From Candidatus Woesearchaeota archaeon (GTDB taxonomy: Archaea; Nanobdellota; Nanobdellia; Woesearchaeales; UBA9642), in the NCBI GenBank assembly GCA_003599145.1, contig QZIT01000001.1, positions 3,831 to 67,830 of the forward strand: 64,000 nucleotides of DNA, written 5' to 3'. This document shows, in pieces, positions 28,101 to 37,781 of the stretch. The stretch's first letter is position 1. Every line of letters starts with the position of its first letter. The notes under the pieces were generated by a model that was given only the letters and a program-made list of their open reading frames with translations, had not been told where the DNA came from and did no database searches. The position numbers were made by a program, and so were the translations under genes.

Positions 28101-31100
28101 CTCGATGAGCAATGGCAACTTCCCCATTCAAATAGGAAAGAGAGGCGATGGAAATTACTTTATCGGTTCTGTTGATGATATCAGAATATACAATAGAAGC
28201 CTTACACCAAATCAAGTAAAACAGATGTACAATGAAACTGCACTTGGAAAAACAGACAACAGTACCATAACTGACTTAGAAACAATTACAGGAGAAAATT
28301 GGACTTGTTTCGTAACACCAAACGATGGATATGAAGACGGCTTAACAAAAAATACATCTGTTGTTATCACGGCAACCAACACTGCTCCATCCGTGAGCAC
28401 TCCCTATATACTTCCTATAACTCCAACTGCTTCAACAACAACACTCAACTGTTCAGTTATCCCTACAGATGCTGAACAAACAAGCTTGACTTTAAACTTT
28501 TCATGGTACAACGGAACAACAGTGTACAATTCAACACAGTACACCGTAGCAAACAATTCAAATTTTACCATGAATGTTTCTGTAGTTTTAAGAGCCCTGG
28601 AAGTTTGGAACTGCACTGTTTTTGCAAATGATGGAACAGATTCAGGAAATAGTAATAGCACCACCGTAACCGTTGTCAACGCAGAACCAACGCAAGATAC
28701 TCCAACAATTCTGCCTGCAAGCCCTGACGCACTTACGAACTTTACCTGCTATAATCAATCGACAACAGACGCAGATGGACATACGGTAACCAACATCTAT
28801 AATTGGCTTGTAAACAATGTTTCCATTACCGTATTGCATCTTCCTTTTGATACTAATGTAACGTCAACAGCAACGGGTGCAGTAAAGGACTATTCAGGAT
28901 ATAACAATAATGCAACGCTAGAAGGCGGAACAGAAACTCCAACGTACACCACCAACGGAAAAATTGGAGGCGCATATAACTTCAGTAGCGACCATATTAA
29001 CGTAACAGACCATGCAAGCATAGATACCACAACGGCATTTACTGTAGAGCTTTGGGCGTATCCTTCAACAACTGCAGCCGGAAGCTATGACATCATAGGA
29101 AAATATGCATGGGTAGCAGGCCAAGGGCTCTATCAAGTAAGGCAAAGTGGAACAAGCTTAGTTGTTTATGTAATTAACGGCGCCAGCACGAATACTGTAA
29201 CTGCAACAAGCTTTTTTACTGCAAACACTTGGCATCATATAGCAATATCCTTTAACAGTTCAAATGTGACTATTTACAAGAATGGAACCTGGGCAGCAAA
29301 TACAGACCCCACATTAGCGTTTTTACAAACAAATACACCTTTAATCATAGGAGCAAGAGCAGATACTGCAAGCGCAAATTATTTTTCTGGTGTATTGGAC
29401 AACATAAGAATATATAATAGAAGCCTTACTGGAAACCAAATAGCCGCATTGTATGCCGCAACGTCTGCAGGAAAAACAGACAACAGTACGATAACTGACT
29501 TAGAAACAAACAGCAGTGAAAACTGGACCTGCTTGGTAACGCCAAACGATGGAGCTGTTGATGGAATCATGAAAAACACCAGCGTACTTCTGCAAGAAGC
29601 TGCTGCTGACGAATGCGCTCCAAGTGGAGCATGGAATGTTACTTCTCTTATCAGCTGTTCTGACACAACAATTAGTGTAACCAGCATCAACATATCAACA
29701 GCAGGATACTTGAATCTCACCAGAGTCAATTTAACAACAGGAATAACCGAAGTTTTTGGAAACTTTACATCAAGAGACAGCCCCACAACCATATGGCAAA
29801 ATGGCAACCTCACCATTTATGGAATATATGGCTTAGATAACACAACACTGCGCATGAATGGAACAACTGACGGCATGTATGGCATCGTAGTCAATGACAG
29901 TGCATCCATGACTATCAACAACAGTGCGAATATTACTCGAGGTTCAACGAGCACGTTTAATTATTTCTTCAAAGTTAATACGGGCAGTACGTTTGTCATG
30001 AAAAATTCTATTTTAGAATATGCAGGTTGGTCTTCCACCATAAATCAAAGAGGATTAGAGATAAATACCACAGTTACGCAATTTCATAACAACACGATTT
30101 TAAATAATTTTTATGGGGCGGCTTTTTATGCGAATAATAGCATGATACGAGATAACAATATCACGAGAAACGTTATTGGGATGTACTTGGACTATTCCCA
30201 TAACAATTCTATAGTAAGCAATAATCTTTCAGGAAACAGCAATAGTGGAGCGACTCTTTATCTTGCCTATGGTCTTTTTTTAAACAGTGCAAACGCGAAT
30301 ACCATTACAAACAATGACCTATCAAATATCAGAACAAGTGTAGGCGCATTGCCAAGTCCTGCATATGGAATTTATATGATTAACAGCGAGAACAATACTG
30401 TTTCACAGGGAACATTCAACAACATTACTGGTCTTCAAGATGCTTCCAGCGATGTAGCTTCCTATGCAATATATCTTGCAACTTCAAATAACAATAACTT
30501 TTCAGCAAACAAAATATGGCAGGGCCATATCGGATACTATCTCGATGGATCAAACAGCACCGTAATTGACGGAACTTCAATAGCTAACACAACCTTTGAA
30601 GCTATTTATTTAAGGAATACTAAGAACAGCATAATAAGAAATATAGTGATGGAAAATGCATCTTACGCAGGAGATAGTACAACCACTCCTGGCGCTGCAG
30701 GAGTTTACCTCCAAGGCAGCTCTTCAAACAACATAACAAACATAACCATCAGAAAAAACATTTTGGGAATGCGGTTTGGAAGTTACGGAACTAGCTATTC
30801 AAATACAAACAGAGTGATGAATTCAACAATTTTTAACAACACCAAGGGGATTTATGCAGAATTTGGAAATGCAAATTATTTTATTGACTCTGTGGTTAAC
30901 TTTTCAGCTCAAGATGATATCTACTTTAAAAATGGAACATCTACAGCTCCCGCAAACATCACCTTTATCAATGTAACACACAGAAAGGGAAATATAACAT
31001 TCAACACAACAAACTGCCAGAATGCCGCAACACCATTCTGCCAGTTAAACGTGTACTGGTATTTGAATGTTCAAGTCAATGAAAGCGCAACAGGAATCAA

Positions 31101-34100
31101 TCAAGCATTGGACCAGGCAACGGTAACGGCAACCAATGTCAGCGGGATACAAACCTTCAGCACATTGACTAATTCTACAGGATGGATAACGCGGCAAAAT
31201 GTTTCAGAATATTGGCAGAATGCAACGTTAGCCAGCTATCAGACTAATTATACGATTAACGCAACAAAAACGTTTTACAAGAAAAACAGCACTGCATTGA
31301 ATATCACTTCTTCAACCATCATGTACTTAAGCTTGCAAAGAGATACGCCTTATATAACGCAACTGAACATAACTCCGACAAGAGCATACAACAACGACAC
31401 CTTAAATTGCAGTGTTACCGCTGTTCATGACACGCTAACAAACTTGAACATCTCCATCACTTGGTATAATCTTTCAGGAGGTAGCTATGTTTATTATAAT
31501 AATACAAATATCAGTACAACCAACAATACGCAAGTAAGCTGGTTGCTGGATAGCAGCGTAACCTGGAAAGGAGAAACGTGGAACTGCACGGTAATTGCAA
31601 ATGATGGAACGTGGAATTCTACAAGGAACTCAACAACACAGTATATCTATAATCTTGAGCCGCAACATACAACACCAATCATTCTTCCTGCAAGCGTCAA
31701 TAATGACACCAACTTTACTTGCATAAATCAGTCAACCATCGATCTTGACAGTTCAAGTGTGGTAAACATCTACAATTGGCTGGTTAACGGAACACCCATT
31801 ATGGTGTTAAACATGCCTTTTGAAACAAACACTTCAAGTTCTGCAAGCGGAGCAATAAAAGATTATTCTGGTTACGACAATAATGGAACATTATCCAGCA
31901 GTACTGGACCAACATGGATAGCAGGAAAAATTGGAGGAGCATATGACTTTGATGGAGCTGATGATTCTATGAGCATTCCTAACTCCATATCATTAAACTC
32001 TACAAAAAACATCACCATAGCGTTCTGGATAAAGCCAAAAACATTCACAGAGCCAAACCCATATATTCTCTATAAAGGCGCAAGCGACCTGAACGCAGTT
32101 GAGTATCTTGTAAGATTTTCCAGCTCAAAAATGGTTTTCATATTTTATAATCAGAGTGGATTTTCAACCGTCCAAGTAGCGTCTACAAGCACCTTGGCAA
32201 CAAACACCTTTTATTTTGTAGCAGCGACGTACAATGGCTCAAATTTGAGCATCTATATTAATGGAACACTGCAAAACAGCACTCTGAGTAATGTCACGAT
32301 AAGGACAAACGCAAACACGATAGACGTAGGATATATATCAACAGTCTGCGCAGATACTTGTTACGCAAACATGACTCTCGACGAGCTTAAAATATTCAAC
32401 AGAAGTTTAACCGCCAATCAAATATGGCAAATGTACTTAGAGGGAAACAACAGCATAGGAAATAGTACGATAACTGATTTAGAAACAAATACGGGTGATA
32501 ACTGGACGTGTGAGGTAATTCCCAATGACCAGGAAGATGATGGCACAACAAAAGACGTTTCTGTGATTATTGCTGCATCAAACATAGCCCCATCTGTATC
32601 TGCGATAACCATCAATTCAACTGATGGAACAAATGTGACAACACAAGACCTTCATTGCAATGCAACCATAACAGACCCTGAAGGCACAGCGTTGAATGTG
32701 TCTGTACAATGGTATAAAAATGGCGTTGTAAATTATTCTCAAGATTACAATAACAGTTATAGCAATGGAACTATGTTTAACGCAACCCTTGGTTCAGGAA
32801 ACACCACCAAAGGAGATATTTGGTTTTGCAGTTTTAGGGCATCTGATGGAAGCCTTACCAGCGATTGGATAAACTCTTCTAATCTAACGATACTCAACAG
32901 CAATCCTATCATGATAACCAGTAGAATAAATCCTTCTCCGACAGCGCTTGACAGCGATACGCTTTCAGGATACTGCAATGCAACTGATGCAGACAATGAC
33001 AGCGTTGTTTATTACTGGCAGTGGTGGAAAAACAGCGTGCTTGATTCAAGCGGGAATGGAAACTTTTCAACATCGCTTTGTTATCAGGAAACAGCAACCA
33101 CCAGTACTGCCTGCGGAGGGTTATCTACTGGAACCTATCTATGCTCAGGCGATTGGGATGGCACTCAAACTTGTGCGTTAGTCTATGATGGAAGTTGGGC
33201 AACATACGGAACAGCAACGTCAAACGATCCTGGTGCAACACTCTACATTAATTACACAAAGCCAACAAATGCTATTTCAACAAGTTTATGGGAGATAAAA
33301 GACAATAGCGCGCAAACAAATCTTAGCATGAGTGCTAGCTGCTGGAGTCAGAGCATACTGCAGCTATCTGCAGGCGTTGGAAGCAGCATTCACCAAGAAT
33401 GGAGCTGCTATACAGGCTCTGGATGGACTGCGATTCGTGCACTCAGTGGAGCAGGAACCTATAGGGCCTATGAAGAAGCCATGTGGTGGAACATATCATT
33501 TTATCATGCACAAGGAATAGAAGCATTGGTATCCAATGTTTCCGACAGTTTAACAAGTGCAGGAGATTCATGGATTTTTTCATGCTTGGCAGATGATGCA
33601 ACAGCAAATAGTTCATGGATGAACAGCACGGCAACAACCATTAATGAGAGCACAACCTACGACTTTGAAGTCAACAGCACCAATATCACGTTCAGCACCA
33701 ATAATCCTGTAGAAAATGAAGTTATGACGCTTTTCGCAACCGTCTATAATCTGGGAAATACGAATGCAACCAATGTCACGATTCAATTTTTTGATGGCGA
33801 TCAGGAAAACGGAACTCAAGTAAACGGCAATATTACCAGAAACATTTCAGCTGGGAGCTATGTTACCGTAAATGTTTCCTGGACAGTAACTCAAGGAACG
33901 CATAATTTCTATGCGCTTGCAGACCCTCCTTATGGAACTGGCAGTTTTTCTGAAACAGCTGAAACCAACAACATTGCCAACAAAACACTCACCGTATCAA
34001 TCTGGCAAGTCTATTATGGCCTTATGAACACCACTGTATTTCTAGCAACTTCACAAAATATATCGCTGCAGAAATGGTGGGCTGCAAATGTTACTGGAAA

Positions 34101-34575
34101 CATTTACGTTTCAGATACAGACACAACCAACGGAGTTTCATTCACTACCCTACAGGCTATTTACAGAAACACATCAAACATGACCAACGCCAACACCCAG
34201 AACGACTTTGAAAATATTGACGCTAATTTGGAAACAACTAACTATAGCGATAGCGTCAACGCAACCTTCACGGTAAGCGGAGCTCCTGCAGCAACAAAAA
34301 CTATCAACAGCTATAACAAAAACATTGCAAATATCTCTGTTGTTAACAGCACAAATACCTCTTCATTTATCACAGGCATCTTATGGGATACTTCTGACTC
34401 AAGCAATGACTATTATGACACTGGCGAGAAGGAAGATCTCATATTTATCACTGAAATAAACATGTCCAAACAAGGGCAGTACGGAACCTATGATTACGAA
34501 ATCAAAATACCTGCAAATTTAAGGTCATATAAAGGCAGTGATGCAAGCGTAGTGTTTTATTACGAGATAAACTGA
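25099..34575 (+). CDS. Giant (3158 aa) secreted modular adhesin-like protein: Cys-rich repeat, three LamG, beta-helix (NosD/PbH1), disulfide Ig repeats, CARDB, conserved C-terminal domain
   Basis: Signal peptide; VHHFSAY; CGNGVVEGTEECD; LamG motifs (TISAWI, WHM/WHH, DDIRIYNRSLT); Asn-rich beta-helix; CARDB (ATVYNLG...ETNNIA); very dense NxS/T sequons; no C-terminal TM. Confidence 0.88.
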   Translation: MNALKRVLLGFWLILLVLPLTSGLTLNTHNLILGETLEINITDQTNNRITISNGEDIYVYQGSPEIIKFVPKKTGDYKIAMSDALTNAAIEQEEFTVSSAPLQPEVILFDKPAYTSGDKVIISFNSDQEELKVTISSSTDFYQFLGTVHESIEFVPNKADVYTVNAYAQDQVIGTATFYVATKTKHTTETIIDYSALSDKDLERQLRDFFPAVTFKGVLKNEQGAFPTFDLTIASDDAKAQATLKGVKDINQLTQIDIIKEANADKSQYNIVGDIVAVNAIALESATIQLSKEGAVTGVLECDDFIFGTNKCKNWQVSSTPFIDYGTYVIFTVHHFSAYTIWYNFTTNLTNRAYKGADITNPPHANPSSWFNASTALTSAEYTAINISDDNRANVSYFTNGTGWNIHMFEFKINQSASLINSIMLYWEGYGSKNNETDANNNISMFLYNFSQNNWTANLNTSCLAGACNSTTSEKNISYNLTTSISDFINSSGYLRFIITEYDNVTAASEGGAVCGNGVVEGTEECDYTSTDCASPSAQKCSTGATCPDPPACSGRGLYLQCQTDCTYYCGSCIAICPFIYSWDGSQYFYDNVILQQIETKEKETLQIKPFNFPLLVNDSYIVQIREYKPETSYFDTFYVIINDSYENETTTTEIKPASETYNIAALLYEDGEYLKIEYGEIVPIVFRPIPPLKQGYKREVFFAAKGYYEFYNDLDKQYYDLRNGICYLPSQKEKIQVVSTTCGPPPEEVRTEITVHNTLYTDQAKVFVAYNNSPPTHSTPVITPTDPLTEENFTCYNQSTSDIDGNTVSNIYAWTVNGAPLMLLYLPLDSNVTNTTTGAVKDYSTLNNNGTLGPNTETPLWNSSGIIRGDYYFDGGDYINISDQSYFSPNETRNMTISAWINIPSGASASTSGGCGGTGRYFLTKAGASNWEWGFENDNNNLLCFCLWRASDGATYGCGSSSRTMNDATWHMYTATINYGSYMTLYVDGVNTTTVSSFTNSMSNGNFPIQIGKRGDGNYFIGSVDDIRIYNRSLTPNQVKQMYNETALGKTDNSTITDLETITGENWTCFVTPNDGYEDGLTKNTSVVITATNTAPSVSTPYILPITPTASTTTLNCSVIPTDAEQTSLTLNFSWYNGTTVYNSTQYTVANNSNFTMNVSVVLRALEVWNCTVFANDGTDSGNSNSTTVTVVNAEPTQDTPTILPASPDALTNFTCYNQSTTDADGHTVTNIYNWLVNNVSITVLHLPFDTNVTSTATGAVKDYSGYNNNATLEGGTETPTYTTNGKIGGAYNFSSDHINVTDHASIDTTTAFTVELWAYPSTTAAGSYDIIGKYAWVAGQGLYQVRQSGTSLVVYVINGASTNTVTATSFFTANTWHHIAISFNSSNVTIYKNGTWAANTDPTLAFLQTNTPLIIGARADTASANYFSGVLDNIRIYNRSLTGNQIAALYAATSAGKTDNSTITDLETNSSENWTCLVTPNDGAVDGIMKNTSVLLQEAAADECAPSGAWNVTSLISCSDTTISVTSINISTAGYLNLTRVNLTTGITEVFGNFTSRDSPTTIWQNGNLTIYGIYGLDNTTLRMNGTTDGMYGIVVNDSASMTINNSANITRGSTSTFNYFFKVNTGSTFVMKNSILEYAGWSSTINQRGLEINTTVTQFHNNTILNNFYGAAFYANNSMIRDNNITRNVIGMYLDYSHNNSIVSNNLSGNSNSGATLYLAYGLFLNSANANTITNNDLSNIRTSVGALPSPAYGIYMINSENNTVSQGTFNNITGLQDASSDVASYAIYLATSNNNNFSANKIWQGHIGYYLDGSNSTVIDGTSIANTTFEAIYLRNTKNSIIRNIVMENASYAGDSTTTPGAAGVYLQGSSSNNITNITIRKNILGMRFGSYGTSYSNTNRVMNSTIFNNTKGIYAEFGNANYFIDSVVNFSAQDDIYFKNGTSTAPANITFINVTHRKGNITFNTTNCQNAATPFCQLNVYWYLNVQVNESATGINQALDQATVTATNVSGIQTFSTLTNSTGWITRQNVSEYWQNATLASYQTNYTINATKTFYKKNSTALNITSSTIMYLSLQRDTPYITQLNITPTRAYNNDTLNCSVTAVHDTLTNLNISITWYNLSGGSYVYYNNTNISTTNNTQVSWLLDSSVTWKGETWNCTVIANDGTWNSTRNSTTQYIYNLEPQHTTPIILPASVNNDTNFTCINQSTIDLDSSSVVNIYNWLVNGTPIMVLNMPFETNTSSSASGAIKDYSGYDNNGTLSSSTGPTWIAGKIGGAYDFDGADDSMSIPNSISLNSTKNITIAFWIKPKTFTEPNPYILYKGASDLNAVEYLVRFSSSKMVFIFYNQSGFSTVQVASTSTLATNTFYFVAATYNGSNLSIYINGTLQNSTLSNVTIRTNANTIDVGYISTVCADTCYANMTLDELKIFNRSLTANQIWQMYLEGNNSIGNSTITDLETNTGDNWTCEVIPNDQEDDGTTKDVSVIIAASNIAPSVSAITINSTDGTNVTTQDLHCNATITDPEGTALNVSVQWYKNGVVNYSQDYNNSYSNGTMFNATLGSGNTTKGDIWFCSFRASDGSLTSDWINSSNLTILNSNPIMITSRINPSPTALDSDTLSGYCNATDADNDSVVYYWQWWKNSVLDSSGNGNFSTSLCYQETATTSTACGGLSTGTYLCSGDWDGTQTCALVYDGSWATYGTATSNDPGATLYINYTKPTNAISTSLWEIKDNSAQTNLSMSASCWSQSILQLSAGVGSSIHQEWSCYTGSGWTAIRALSGAGTYRAYEEAMWWNISFYHAQGIEALVSNVSDSLTSAGDSWIFSCLADDATANSSWMNSTATTINESTTYDFEVNSTNITFSTNNPVENEVMTLFATVYNLGNTNATNVTIQFFDGDQENGTQVNGNITRNISAGSYVTVNVSWTVTQGTHNFYALADPPYGTGSFSETAETNNIANKTLTVSIWQVYYGLMNTTVFLATSQNISLQKWWAANVTGNIYVSDTDTTNGVSFTTLQAIYRNTSNMTNANTQNDFENIDANLETTNYSDSVNATFTVSGAPAATKTINSYNKNIANISVVNSTNTSSFITGILWDTSDSSNDYYDTGEKEDLIFITEINMSKQGQYGTYDYEIKIPANLRSYKGSDASVVFYYEIN

Positions 34576-34639
34576 TGCAGAAGAAAGCAAAAAAATAAGA
34601 AGATTTAAAAAAAGTAAACACGGCAAAAAGAGGTAAAAC

Positions 34640-35593
34640 ATGAATCCCTTGGCATTAGGATTTTTCATCTCTGCAATTTTTCTTATCTATATAGGAAGCA
34701 GAATTTTAAAATCGTGGGAAAAAAATTACAGGGAAGCCTTGTTTTACTGGGGTTTCGGGCTGATGGTCTGGGGAGCTGCTATGGCCATGCAGAGCCTGCT
34801 CACTGCAGAAATCATTCCCTCTACCAAAACACTCCTGTTTATCAGATTTCATCTTGAAGGAATAGCCTTTGTGTTCTTTTTGCTGTATGGAACTTTAATG
34901 CTTATTTTAAAGAAAAAACAAGCAACCGCCATTACGTTAACGTACTACCTGTTTTTTTTCGTTTCGAGCATTTTTCTCGTTGGAACCCTTAAGAATATTA
35001 CTGCTGTTTCTGTATGGCACAACGTTCTTTTCATAACACCTCCTTCCTTGCTTTTTGGATTTTACTACTTTTATTATTATAAACTGCTCAAAACAACAAA
35101 GATTTTCTCATTATACAACCTTTGGATTTTCTTTGCAGTGTTAGCCTATATGTATACCTTCACTTTCGCATTTGGATTGTTAGAAAGCAAGTTATTTTCA
35201 GTCTGGAGCATTTTGTACAATGCAGTCGTCCTAGGCATTTGCTTTTCTTATTTGAGCCTAACTAGCCAAGCAAACATCGCTTGGAATCAGATAACCAAGC
35301 CTTTAGACCATATTGTAGATCATGGCGTGCTTGAGCTCTTTGAGAAATACTTTCAGGAGAAGGGAAAAGATATTATTCAGGAGCTCCTCGCACAGACAGG
35401 CATTGCTGAACTCAAAACAGCATCAAAGCAGCAGAGAACTGATTTCATAGAGAAAGCATTGCAAAACTATTTTTCAGATGTCATTTCTGTGCAAAAACAA
35501 GACATCATCAGAACACAACTCATAGGCTTATTGGGCATGAGTGTAGAGGATTCCTACTGGAAGTCCTATAATTATAGTGCTGTAAGAATGTGA
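34640..35593 (+). CDS. Polytopic (~7 TM) membrane protein with soluble C-terminal domain
   Basis: About seven hydrophobic segments followed by a ~100-aa helical tail. GAGGT SD. Confidence 0.7.
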   Translation: MNPLALGFFISAIFLIYIGSRILKSWEKNYREALFYWGFGLMVWGAAMAMQSLLTAEIIPSTKTLLFIRFHLEGIAFVFFLLYGTLMLILKKKQATAITLTYYLFFFVSSIFLVGTLKNITAVSVWHNVLFITPPSLLFGFYYFYYYKLLKTTKIFSLYNLWIFFAVLAYMYTFTFAFGLLESKLFSVWSILYNAVVLGICFSYLSLTSQANIAWNQITKPLDHIVDHGVLELFEKYFQEKGKDIIQELLAQTGIAELKTASKQQRTDFIEKALQNYFSDVISVQKQDIIRTQLIGLLGMSVEDSYWKSYNYSAVRM

Positions 35594-35650
35594 TGCTGCT
35601 AAAAAAACCACGGCAAAACATTTAAAAATACTATCCGTTTCTAAAAAGCC

Positions 35651-36691
35651 ATGGGAAAAAGCTGGCTGATTTGGGCCTCTATCATTATAGGGCTCGTTTT
35701 TTTTGGATATATCCTTGGAAAATTTCCACTCAGTGATCTTATTGAACCGTTTGAGAACGCATCGCTCCTCTCGATTCTTTTCTTTATTTTAGTGTCTTTT
35801 CTCATTACGCTTAACAACACGCTCAAATGGCATTTAGTCAATAAAGCAATGGGCATCAAAATAGGCTTTTGGGAATTGTACAAATATCGCCTGGCAGGCT
35901 ACTCGGTAAGCTATGTAACTCCAGGGCCAAGAGTTGGCGGTGAACCGACTATGGCCGCGCTCATGAAAAAAAAGGGCGTTGAATACGTACAATCCATTTC
36001 TGCAATGGTCATTGACAAATCTATTGAAGTTTCCACATCAGGATTGCTTTTCATCATAGGCGTTCTTGTTGTACTTATAGGATTTGCCTTGCCCCAAAAT
36101 ATACGCGTTTTCATGATTGTAGCGGCTGTTGTTTTTGGCATCATCATAGGATTTTTTTATTACCGCATGCTTAACGGCAATAATTTTTTTCTCAAAATTA
36201 TCAGAGTTTTGCGATTAGATACCTTCAAGTTTGTCAAGAAATATGAACAAAAGCTGATTTTGTTTGAGAGCTTGATTTTAAGGTTCTACAATAAAGAAAG
36301 AACTGCCTATTTTATCATTCTTTTTTTTACCATATTAGGATGGGTATTAATGTATTTTGAGTACAGTGCTGCGCTGGCCATTCTTGGAGAACATGCGTCC
36401 ATCATAGGAATCTTTCTCATGGTTTCCTTTGTAGGCGCTGCCCTGATACTGCCTATTCCCATGGCCATCGGCTCTTTAGAAGCAGGACAGATTACTGCGT
36501 TTTCTATTGTTGGACTAAAGTCAAGCTTAGGCGTAACGCTTGCATTTTTAATCAGAGCGAGAGATTTCCTGCTCATTTTTGCAGGATTCCTGCTTTTAGT
36601 TTATTACGGATTCGATGTGAAAAAACAGCTACAGAAGGTGTTTAGAAAGAGCGTCACCATCAAAAAAAATGTCAAAGTTCCTCTACGTTAG
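35651..36691 (+). CDS. Lysylphosphatidylglycerol synthase TM / flippase-like (UPF0104) protein
   Basis: LKW, AGYSVSYVTPGPRVGGEP, PIPMAIGSLEAG. Confidence 0.85.
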   Translation: MGKSWLIWASIIIGLVFFGYILGKFPLSDLIEPFENASLLSILFFILVSFLITLNNTLKWHLVNKAMGIKIGFWELYKYRLAGYSVSYVTPGPRVGGEPTMAALMKKKGVEYVQSISAMVIDKSIEVSTSGLLFIIGVLVVLIGFALPQNIRVFMIVAAVVFGIIIGFFYYRMLNGNNFFLKIIRVLRLDTFKFVKKYEQKLILFESLILRFYNKERTAYFIILFFTILGWVLMYFEYSAALAILGEHASIIGIFLMVSFVGAALILPIPMAIGSLEAGQITAFSIVGLKSSLGVTLAFLIRARDFLLIFAGFLLLVYYGFDVKKQLQKVFRKSVTIKKNVKVPLR

Positions 36692-37781
36692 CGAAGGTTT
36701 CCGTTTTTTCAGGAGACGGATGCGTGTTACAGCCAGAGGACTTAAAAAATATCCTGGAAACGCAGAAGCCATCTGCAAAAGCATTGTCAAAAACTGTTTT
36801 AACGGTCGATATTTTCAAGTAAGCAATCATAATTACCAAAATTTTTACTGCAGGGATTTTGGATGGTGCTGCAAAGCGCTATTAGAGCTTGGATACCGAA
36901 AAGAAGTTGAGAAGACACTCGATTATGCGTTATCTGTTTTTGAAAGGCATGGAGCCATCTCTGTTGCAATAACCAAAAAGGGGAAGCCATTCAATTTTCC
37001 CAACGTCTATTCCATCGACAGCGTAAGCTATTTTTTCTATGCGCTGCGTTTATTGAATAATAAAAAAATAATAAAAAAATATTTGCCTTTTTTAAAGAGC
37101 GAAGTAAAAAAATTCTGCTCTGCTATTGATCGCAAAACGGGCTTGGTAAAGCCACTGCATTTTTCAGCCATGAGAGATCACGCAATAAGAAAGAGCAGCT
37201 GCTATGACAACGTCATGGTCATGCTCATGCAGCAAAGCCTAAAAACATTGCAGATAAAAAGCGCACTGCAGAACTATGATTTCAAAAAAATAATAAAAGA
37301 GCAGTTTTGGAATGGAAGCTATTTTTACGACGACCTGACCAAAACAAAAGAAGTCAGCGCAGATGCAAATATCCTTCCATTTTATTTTGGCCTCTTTGCA
37401 AAACCAATGCTTAAAAAAGTTGTTGCGACCTTGCAAAAAAATAATCTTGACAAGCCATTCCCCTTAAAATATTCGAACACGAAAAAAGGCGGCAGGTTTA
37501 TTTTCTATGAGCTTTTTGTTAAAAACTGGGAGCGCGACAGCATTTGGTCGCAACTGGGCATGATATATATAAACATATTGCAGAGCGTTGACAGAAAAAA
37601 AGCATCACTTCAACTTGAGCAGTACAAAAAAATTATTGAAGAACATAAAACATTTCTAGAATTATTCTCTGCAAACGGACAGCCGTACAAAAGCCCGTTT
37701 TATTACAGCGACGAAGGCATGATATGGGCATGCATGTATCTAGCGCTTCAATCGAGCAAGCAGAAGATAGCTAAACGCTAA
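36669..37781 (+). CDS. Six-hairpin glycoside hydrolase-like protein
   Basis: FYCRDFGW, FWNGSYFYD, ADANILP, WER.SIW, FLELF. Confidence 0.65.
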   Translation: MSKFLYVSEGFRFFRRRMRVTARGLKKYPGNAEAICKSIVKNCFNGRYFQVSNHNYQNFYCRDFGWCCKALLELGYRKEVEKTLDYALSVFERHGAISVAITKKGKPFNFPNVYSIDSVSYFFYALRLLNNKKIIKKYLPFLKSEVKKFCSAIDRKTGLVKPLHFSAMRDHAIRKSSCYDNVMVMLMQQSLKTLQIKSALQNYDFKKIIKEQFWNGSYFYDDLTKTKEVSADANILPFYFGLFAKPMLKKVVATLQKNNLDKPFPLKYSNTKKGGRFIFYELFVKNWERDSIWSQLGMIYINILQSVDRKKASLQLEQYKKIIEEHKTFLELFSANGQPYKSPFYYSDEGMIWACMYLALQSSKQKIAKR

